Assembly: GCA_964016885.1 (NCBI GenBank)
Contig: OZ024742.1
Coordinates: 179,366,001 to 179,430,000, forward strand
Reading direction: 5' to 3'
DNA: 64,000 bases
From: Eledone cirrhosa
Taxonomy: Eukaryota
Part shown: positions 54,924 to 64,000 of the stretch, one piece after another
How the letters are laid out: the number at the start of each line of letters is the position of its first letter
How positions within the stretch are numbered: the first letter of the stretch is position 1
Notes under the pieces: model-generated
What the model was told of the DNA's origin: nothing
Seen by the model: the letters and a program-made list of their open reading frames with translations, nothing else
Databases searched by the model: none
Translations under genes and position numbers: made by a program

Positions 54924-55092
54924 CCGTATTTCCCGGCCTCGAAGACGCTACTTTTTTTCCTAAAACAAGTCTGAAAATTCTACCATGCGTCCTGAGGCCG
55001 AAGGTTGTTTATTATTTATTTTTCAAATTTCTTGTTGTCAAAATTAGGGTGCGTCTCCGAGGACGAAGCGTCTTCGGCACCCGGAAATACGG
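54924..55092. mobile_element. Tc1/pogo-type MITE
   Basis: TA|ccgtatttcccggcctcgaagacgct ... agcgtcttcggcacccggaaatacgg|TA. Confidence 0.8.
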
Positions 55093-55109
55093 TAAATATA
55101 TTATATATA

Positions 55110-55601
55110 CTAGCAGAAAAACAACCCTTCGGGTGGTTTTCTGCTATCGTGTGTAGTGTGTATATTGTTATTATACGCAAATATATATATATGCATGTAG
55201 ATATGATACATCAAATACAATCGTAAATGACAATATACACAGAAATTGAACGAAGACTGTGTTACACTGTCTTCTGTAATCAGTAACGTATTCCATGATA
55301 CATAAAAAAAAGACGATATTATATATAAACTGCATTAGGAGAAAATTAGTGACGGAAATATATGAATGTTTATTTAAGCGATCGCTAACCGGAAGTGTTG
55401 ACATTTGAAAATTTTAAAGAAGTGAATCTTAAAATAAGCAACAAAATTATTTATATTTAATCAAGAATAACGAAATTTAGTAGATAAATTATGCAATATT
55501 CATTCATTATTTATTCAAAGTAATCCAACTTATTTTACAAACGGGCTAAACAAATATATTCTGGACACAGTCCCGCACTCATTACTTTATTATAGTTTAG
55601 A
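55110..55601 (-). mobile_element. Non-autonomous Helitron-like element (copy of 30-486)
   Basis: Reverse-complement similarity to 30-486; A|TC and hairpin-CTAG|T termini. Confidence 0.75.
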
Positions 55602-56009
55602 TTACATTCAAAGATATAGATGTCATGATTGAGATACTCTCGAACATGTGTCCTGTCTATATATAAATATATATCTCCTCCCCCTTTTTTCATCCTTTCC
55701 ACCCCCCCCCCCTCCCTAAATAAAATATTTTTTCCTCGTTAATTTTCAAATTCTTTTAATTTATACATTATCTTCCAACGGTTTTCAACCTCTCTATGTA
55801 AAACAATATATCTCCTCTCAGTTATAAAAACTATCTCTTTCTCTCTATCACCCATCTCTCCCTCTCATCTCCTCCCCTTTTTAATCCTTTCCACCCCCCC
55901 CTTTTCTAAATAAAATATTTTTCCCACATCAATCTAAAACCACTTTTCATATGTTGATTTAAAACTGCACTATCCACAAGTGTTTTTTAGCCTTCATATC
56001 ATGTTCTCC

Positions 56010-56080
56010 TGTTTTATCTGATGAAAACACAAATATTATTGCATGATGATGTTTGTTTTTGAAATGCGCATAATAAAATA
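56010..56080 (+). ncRNA. Type I hammerhead motif (palindromic ATGCGCAT stem III)
   Basis: tgttttat-CTGATGA-aaacacaaata..tgtttgttttt-GAAA-tgcgca-TA-ataaaata. Confidence 0.78.
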
Positions 56081-56110
56081 CATGGAACTCCTTTAACCAT
56101 CTTTTGATCT

Positions 56111-56160
<50 letters not shown>

Positions 56161-56684
56161 ATAATAATAAATGTGAAGACTAAAATCTGAAGAGGGCTCG
56201 ATAAGGATAATATATATATTATATATATAGTTACAGAAGATCCCGTTAAGGGTGAAAGCACCGATTCTTTGCTTAAACTTTAATCTGTTATTGTTATAAA
56301 TGAATAAATAAATAAATATATATATATATATAAATTATGGTGTGTATGTATGCGAGGATCTGTGAAATGATAGTGTCCCAAAGCAGAAATGGCGATAACT
56401 GTCGATAATTGCAAACAATAGCTGAGAAAATCGAGTAAAGTCCCAGTGGGGACGTGAAGAATTATACAGAAGCCCCTGCGAGGAGCCGAACACGCATCTG
56501 CTCCAGACCGGCCGAGATATTTCTGTGAATAGCAGATTCCGTCGTTTTATATTACTAGAGGCATGTCGCTAGAAATTTAAACAAACATTTTGAATTACGC
56601 AACATTACATAGACACATTCTTACAAACTTGCATACATGTGTACGTCTGTGTGTATATATATATATATATATAGGTATATATAT

Positions 56685-56779
<95 letters not shown>

Positions 56780-56900
56780 TATATGTATATGTATGTATGT
56801 ATATATATATATATACGTATGTATGCGCGCGTGCGTGTGTATGTATATATCTTGGCATCTATGTATGTCTGCATGTACACAAACACACACACACATAAAC

Positions 56901-57087
<187 letters not shown>

Positions 57088-57637
57088 CATACACACATAT
57101 ATATATATATATGTATATATATTTGAAAGTCAATGTGGGCGCTGATTGTAAATGATTTCTTTCGTCGGGTCGTCTTGTATGGGTTTATAACATGTTTACT
57201 AAGATGTTGGTTTCCTTTTTTATTTTTTTTTCCGTGTCATCTATCTTGAAAGCAAATAATGTGTGGGTATTGAGGAAGAAAGGGAACACGAGACGGGTGT
57301 AAGCTCAATGTTCTACATATAGGAAATACTCGTTGTTCGATATGAGGAATTTGTCAAATAAGCCTCATTCAACACATGGCCTTTTGATTCCGTGTGCGGG
57401 GGTTAGCATAGAATGAAGGCGTCATATAGCTAAATCTTACACCACCACGCCCGACAGAGTCATTCGGAAAACAGCTTGTAAGATCGTTCGGTCTGTCGCC
57501 CTACCATTTGCTTCCTTTCATTTCAAGTGTTTTTTCTATTCTGTTAATATTAATGGCTAGTATATAAGCGCGCACATATACATACATAGACACCTGCGCG
57601 CACGCACACACGCACGCATGCGCACACAGATACACAT

Positions 57638-57720
<83 letters not shown>

Positions 57721-57776
57721 AATTGCTATACATGCGCCTACCCTACGAAAGAGCATCCGGGATATGTATGTATGTG

Positions 57777-57823
<47 letters not shown>

Positions 57824-58219
57824 TTGTGTGTGTGTGTGTGTGTATTATTTATTGAGAGAATGACTTCTACAGGACTAGAACTGTTTCGTTCGTATGAAGT
57901 TATCAGTAATGCTTATTTTCTACTAACGTAATGTGTACCTTATTTAACAGAGGTTATTTCCCGTTCCCCTTCGAGATATCATTCATATATAAAAATAAAT
58001 ACATATATATGTGATTGTGTATGTATTAAGTTTTGCGCTAAACAGTCGAAGTATACCGTAAATTTCTATTTGTATATAGAATATATATATTATATAGAGT
58101 TAACCAAGACTGCGTAAATGTGTAAAAAACAGTTACCCATTAACTATGTAAACATGTAAACATGCCAAACGTATTTCCCTTTAAATTATAGCAAATTACA
58201 AATACTTTTAATCGATTTT

Positions 58220-58300
<81 letters not shown>

Positions 58301-58316
58301 ACACACACACACACAC

Positions 58317-58384
<68 letters not shown>

Positions 58385-58389
<5 letters not shown>

Positions 58390-58582
58390 TAGTTCCACAA
58401 CAGTTAGTTCACCATACCGAGACCAAATGTTTCACCTTATGCGGATCTTCAGCTCGGTCTGAATGAAGTTGTACAGGAAAGGAAAAACAACCGTACAATT
58501 TTACTCAGATCGAGTTGAAGATCCGCATAAGGTGAAACATTCGTTCTCGGTATGGTGAACTAACTGTTGTGGAACTACTTAT
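58385..58582. repeat. Inverted repeat with slightly decayed hammerheads (58416-58458 minus, 58509-58551 plus); family of 16791-16920
   Basis: accgag-CTGAAGA-tcc(gcataa)ggt-GAAA-catttg-GT-ctcggt versus atcgag-TTGAAGA-..GAAA-cattcg-TT-ctcggt. Confidence 0.7.
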
Positions 58583-60253
58583 ACTAAACTCGTCCCATGG
58601 ACTGAGTGCTCTACTACTATGGATATAACCCTACAGTGTTCTACTATTATATATATATATAGTATTAAGGATACTATTTATGGTTATGTATATACTAAAA
58701 CTTTTTATAGTTATAGTTATATATATTTTAAACCCTAAACAGTGAAAGACAGTAATTTATTACTACCTTATTACCAGTAAGATAAATAGCTCAATGTAAT
58801 AACATCAGTTGTTCTACAGAGCAGTTTTATAGAATTCACATGAATCAAAGTTCTGTTCAAACCATTTATTAGCTTACAATTGTTTCGTCCAAACCGAGGT
58901 TTGGAGTCTCGCGAGCAATTTTTCAATGATTGTTTACATACATGACCTCCTTTCCAACACAAGAGACATACAGATACATATGAATATATGTAAACTTTAA
59001 ACACTGAATTATTTGTGCAAATGTTGTTGTATGTATGGAGTGCTATCATTAGATAAATAGAAGATTAATTTATTAACATAAAAGAGCTATATAACCTATA
59101 TGTTGAGTACAATGAATTATGTACAAGTGGTATATGAGTTATACATACATGTATAACTTGATAGACAGATTAATAACATTGTAAGTGAGAATTGCTCTTT
59201 GGTCTACCCTAGAGATATTTAACTTTGCCATGCAATCAGCTATGCGCTGACCCAGAGCTTACCAGGGGTTATATATAGACGTGGTTCTATTAAGACTCTG
59301 TCAGGTTCTGTGAGTAGACTACATTTACAAAGAACATTGATATGGAGATCTGACTCTTCGTATGGATTATTGAGTTGTAGCACTCTATGATAGGGAGTAA
59401 TCATCCTAATATAGATACCTTTAGTACTTCTTGATAGAGTAGACTGTAATTTAAAGATAGGATACTTAAATTTGGAAACTGTATATAACCATATATATAA
59501 GGGACTCAATTGAGACACATTTTAATGTACATTGGAATAATAAATTTAGTTATAGAAATCAGCTAGTTACCTCCCCTCACGCATTAACTCCCCTTAATCA
59601 CATACATACTTCCGGAAAATAAAACGATGTAAATTCTCGCAACAAAAACAACCTACTCTATAAAATTGGATTAAAGAACACTGAGCCGCAACAAGCTGTT
59701 ATAATTTAACTTAATACATCAAACATCCAATACTGAATCATCGTTAATTATGTGAAGGACATATAAACTATATATTACGTTTCCTAGATTGTGAAAATGA
59801 TGGTGTATACAAAAACCATAACATTATTTTGCTTCTCATTTATAATATTTCTCTGCACACAAGCTTCTTTACCATACACAAAAAATACTTTACCACTACA
59901 ACCTCCATAATACTCTTGATTACCCGCTTAAAGTGCTTGTATTGCATATAATACCTTGCCGCACAATAATCTTATATAAATAAGACACCCGCGCATGCCC
60001 CACGTGTAACTATTGCATGCACTAACTACTTCAACTAACTAACAAACTATCCTCTTGCATTATCTTCGTAAACTGCCGGTGTTGTATTTTAACTTTAATT
60101 TTGTTTTAATATGATTTTAATTTTTGAATTTAAATTGCCATACAAAAATATTATAATCGATGTCACCCCACTGTGCATCGATATATACATATGTATCTGT
60201 ATGTCTCTTGTGTTGGAAAGGAGGTCATGTATGTAAACAATCATTGAAAAATT

Positions 60254-60298
60254 GCTCCGAAGACTCCAAACCTCGGTTTGGACGAAACAATTGTAAGC
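60254..60298 (+). ncRNA. Hammerhead motif with U4C core, in arm of inverted repeat 58834-58990/60185-60338
   Basis: gct-CCGAAGA-c-tccaaac(ctcg)gtttgga-c-GAAA-caattg-TA-agc. Confidence 0.65.
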
Positions 60299-60333
60299 TA
60301 ATAAATGGTTTGAACAGAACTTTGATTCATGTG

Positions 60334-60377
<44 letters not shown>

Positions 60378-60652
60378 GATAACAAAATATTGTTATAGGT
60401 AATCCAGTTAGGGCTTGTGAATAGTTCTTATTATGGATAGTTTTAGCGTACGGCGTTGTTTGATTCAACAAGAGGTTTACGTAGGTGGCGAGTTAAGGAT
60501 TTCACTTGTATTCCTATGTAAGGTTATCTTGGAGCAATAAAATTGAAAAAGTGAAGAAAAACATACTCAACAGTACAAAAAAAAGGGATGTATTTACAGT
60601 CTGACAATTGTTTCACTGATTAAATTGTCTGAAAATTGCCGAACACTAGAAG

Positions 60653-63187
60653 CGGCTGGAAATTATCTCCCCTTGGCCGACTGGAAATTATCTCACCTTG
60701 GCCGGCTGGAAATTATCTCCCCTTGGTCGGCTGGAAATTATCTCCCCTTGGCCGGCTGGAAATTATCTCCCCTTGGCCGTTTGGAAATTGTCTCCCCTTG
60801 GCCGGCTGGAAATTATCTCCCCTTGGCCGGTTGGAAATTATCTCCACGTGGCCGGTTGGAAATTATCTCCCCTTGGCAGGCTGGAAATTATCTCCCCTAA
60901 ATTAAATTAAATTAAATTAAATTAAATTACATTAAATTAAATTAAATTAAATTAAATTAAATTGAAATAAAATGAATTAACATAATTAATTAATTAATTA
61001 ATAAAGTAATTAATAAAAAAAAATAAAAATAAATAAAATAAGAAAAATATAATTAATTAATTAATTAAATAATTAATTTAATTAATTTGATTTGATTTAA
61101 TTTAATTTAATTTAATTTAATTTAATTTAATTTAATTTAATTTAATTCAATTTAATTTAAAAAACGAAACGAAACCGGGGTACCTAAAAAAAACAAATGG
61201 AGAGAAACCGGGGAACCTAAAAAATCAAACGAAACGAAATTATCTCCCCTTGGCCGACTGCAAATTATCTTCCCTTGGCCGGCTGGAAATTATCTTCCCT
61301 TGGCCGGCTGGAAATTATCTCGCTTTGGCCGGCCGGAAATTATCTCCCCTTGGCCGGCTGGAAGTTATCTCCCCTTGGCCGGCTGGAAATTATCTCCCCG
61401 TGGCCGGTTGGAAATTATCTCCCCTTGGCCAGCTGGAAATTATATCCCCTTGGCCGGCTGGAAATTATCTCCCCTAAATTAAATTAAATTAAATTAAATT
61501 AAATTAAATTAAAATAAACTAAATTAAATTAAATTAAATTAAATTAAATTAAATTAAATTAAACTAAATTAAATTAAATTAAATTAAATTAAATTAAATT
61601 AAATTAAATTAAATTAAATTAAATTAAATTAAATTAAATTAAATTAAATTAAATTAAATTAAATTAAATTAAATTAAATTAAATTAAATTAAATTAAATT
61701 AAATTAAATTAAATTAAATTAAATTAAATTAAATTAAATTAAATTAAATTAAATTAAATTAAATTAAATTAAATTAAATTAAATTAAATTAAATTAAATT
61801 AAATTAAATTAAATTAAATTAAATTAAATTAAATTAAATTAAATTAAATTAAATTAAATTAAATTAAATTAAATTAAATTAAATTAAATTAAATTAAATT
61901 AAATTAAATTAAATTAAATTAAATTAAATTAAATTAAATTAAATTAAATTAAATTAAATTAAATTAAATTAAATTAAATTAAATTAAATTAAATTAAATT
62001 AAATTAAATTAAATTAAATTAAATTAAATTAAATTAAATTAAATTAAATTAAATTAAATTAAATTAAATTAAATTAAATTAAATTAAATTAAATTAAATT
62101 AAATTAAATTAAATTAAATTAAATTAAATTAAATTAAATTAAATTAAATTAAATTAAATTAAATTAAATTAAATTAAATTAAATTAAATTAAATTAAATT
62201 AAATTAAATTAAATTAAATTAAATTAAATTAAATTAAATTAAATTAAATTAAATTAAATTAAATTAAATTAAATTAAATTAAATTAAATTAAATTAAATT
62301 AAATTAAATTAAATTAAATTCAATTCAATTCAATTCAATTCAATTCAATTCAATTCAATTACATTACATTACATTACATTACATTACATTACATTACATT
62401 ACATTAAATTAATTAAATTAAATTAAATTAAATTAAATTAAATTAAATTAAATTAAATTAAATTAAATTAAATTAAATTAAATTAAATTAAATTAAATTA
62501 AATATTTAATTAATTAATTAATTATATTTTTTTATTTTATTTTTTTATTTTTTATTAATTACTTTATTAATTAATTAATTATCTTAGTTCATTTTATTTC
62601 AATTTAATTTAATTCAATTTAATTTAATTTAATTTAATTTAATTTAATTTTATTTTATTTTATTTTATTTTATTTTATTTTATTTTATTTTATTTTATTT
62701 TATTTTATTTTATTTTAGTTAAAAAACGAAACCGGGGTAGCTAAAAAAACAAAAGTAAAGAAAACCGGTAACCTAAAAAATCAAACGAAACGAAATTATC
62801 TCCCCTGGGCCGGCTGGAAATTATCTCCCCTTGGCCGGCTGGGTATTATCTCCTCTTTGCCGGCTGGAAATTATCTCCCCTTGGCCGGCTGGATAGTATC
62901 TCCCCTTGGCCGGCTGGAAGTTATCTCCCCTTGGCCGGCTGGAAAATATCTCCCCTTGGCCGGCTGGAAAATATCTCCCCTTGGCCGGCTGGAAATTATC
63001 TCCCCTTGGACGGCTGGAAAATATCTCCCCTTGGCCGACTGGAAATTATCTCCCCTTGGCCGGCTGGAAATTATCTCCCCTTGGCCGGCTGGAAATTATC
63101 TCCCTTTGGCCGTCTGGAAATTGTCTCCTCTTGGCCGGCTGGAAATTATCTCGCTTTCGCCGGCTGGAAATTATCTCCATTTGGCCG
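60653..63187. repeat. Composite satellite: 25-bp unit arrays interleaved with (TTAAA)n/(TTTAA)n
   Basis: ggccggctggaaattatctcccctt arrays at about 60653-60898, 61238-61474 and 62793-63187; about 1 kb of (TTAAA)n at 61475-62500. Confidence 0.95.
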
Positions 63188-64000
63188 GGGCACCCAAATA
63201 AAAAACGGGGCACCCAAATAAAAAACGGAACCCCCCATAAAAAAACGGGACACCCAAATAAAGAACGGGGCACCCAAATAAAAAACGGGGCACCCAAATA
63301 AAAAACGGTCCCCCCCAAATAAAAAACGGGGCACCCAAATAAAAAAACGGACCCCCCCATAAAAAACTGGAAACCCAAATAAGAAACGGACCGCCCCATA
63401 AAAAACGGTGCACCCAAATAAAAATTGCACCCCCCATAAAAAAGGGGCACCCAAATTAAAAAAAGGACCGCCCCATTAAAAAAACGGGTCACCCAAATAA
63501 AAAACGGACCCCTACATAAAAAAACGGGGCACCTAAATAAAAAACGGACCCCCCCATAAAATAACGGGGCACCCAAATAAAAAACGGGTCACCCAAATAA
63601 AAAGCGGAGCCCCCCCCCCATAAAAAAACGGGGCACCCAAATAAAAAACGGACCCCCATAAAAAACGGAGCACCCAAATAAAAAACGGCGCACCAAAATA
63701 ACAAACGGACCCCCCCCATAAAAAACGGTGCACCCAAATAAAAAATGGACCCCCCCATAAAAAAACGGGGCACGGAAATGAAAAACGGACCCCCCCCCAT
63801 AAAAAAATGGGGCACCCAAATAAAAAACGGCCCCCCTCATAAAAAAAACGGTGCACCCAAATAAAAAATGGACGCCCCATAAAAAAACGGGACACCCAAA
63901 TAAAGAACGGACCCCCCATAAAAAAACGGGGCACCCAAATAAAAACCGGACCCCCCCATAAAAAAACTGGGCACCCAAATAAAGAACGGGGCACCCAAAT
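63187..64000. repeat. 20-21 bp minisatellite/satellite, running off the window end
   Basis: Alternating ggggcacccaaataaaaaac and ggacccccccataaaaaaac variants. Confidence 0.95.

Noticed and set aside
56228-56280. CAGAAGA-tccc..gggt-GAAA motif (also near 4761-4810), and CTGATAA motif at 57860-57910
   Set aside because: Core changes plus poor stem I pairing; not supportable as ribozymes.
59240-59518. 92-aa ORF between inverted repeats
   Set aside because: No recognisable motif; short and AT-rich.
61475-62500. (TTAAA)n as telomeric repeat
   Set aside because: Not the TTAGGG expected for most animals including molluscs; internal and embedded in a composite satellite.
60625-63994. Repetitive ORFs (AGWKLSPLGRLEIISPW; GAPFFIWVPRF) and CRISPR-like periodicity
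   Set aside because: Products of 25-bp and 20-bp tandem satellites, open in several frames; no unique spacers, no cas genes, eukaryotic context.

Overview
AT-rich, microsatellite-saturated animal intergenic/heterochromatic DNA with no recognisable host gene. The tRNA-derived SINEs and (TA)n/(CA)n load resemble octopus genomes (inference from memory). Most ORFs in the track are microsatellite artefacts. All real coding sequence is decayed transposon: a Helitron (Rep + PIF1) interrupted by an RTE LINE, a Buster-type hAT, several Penelope-like (RT/GIY-YIG) fragments, a CR1-like LINE and R4/Dong-like LINEs. The window ends in satellite arrays. The main unannotated signal is RNA structure. By eye I find about 22 near-intact type I hammerhead ribozyme (HHR) motifs plus about 9 decayed ones, from many unrelated families, mostly in Penelope-style inverted or direct repeats. 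The most striking are four motifs, from two sequence-unrelated families (36598-36659, 48059-48120, 48277-48335, 48792-48850), that carry all hammerhead core strands in REVERSED, non-circularly permuted order (UH-strand, GAAA-strand, CUGANGA-strand) and share an AGCG-NN linker before GAAA. All structures were folded by eye; activity is untested.
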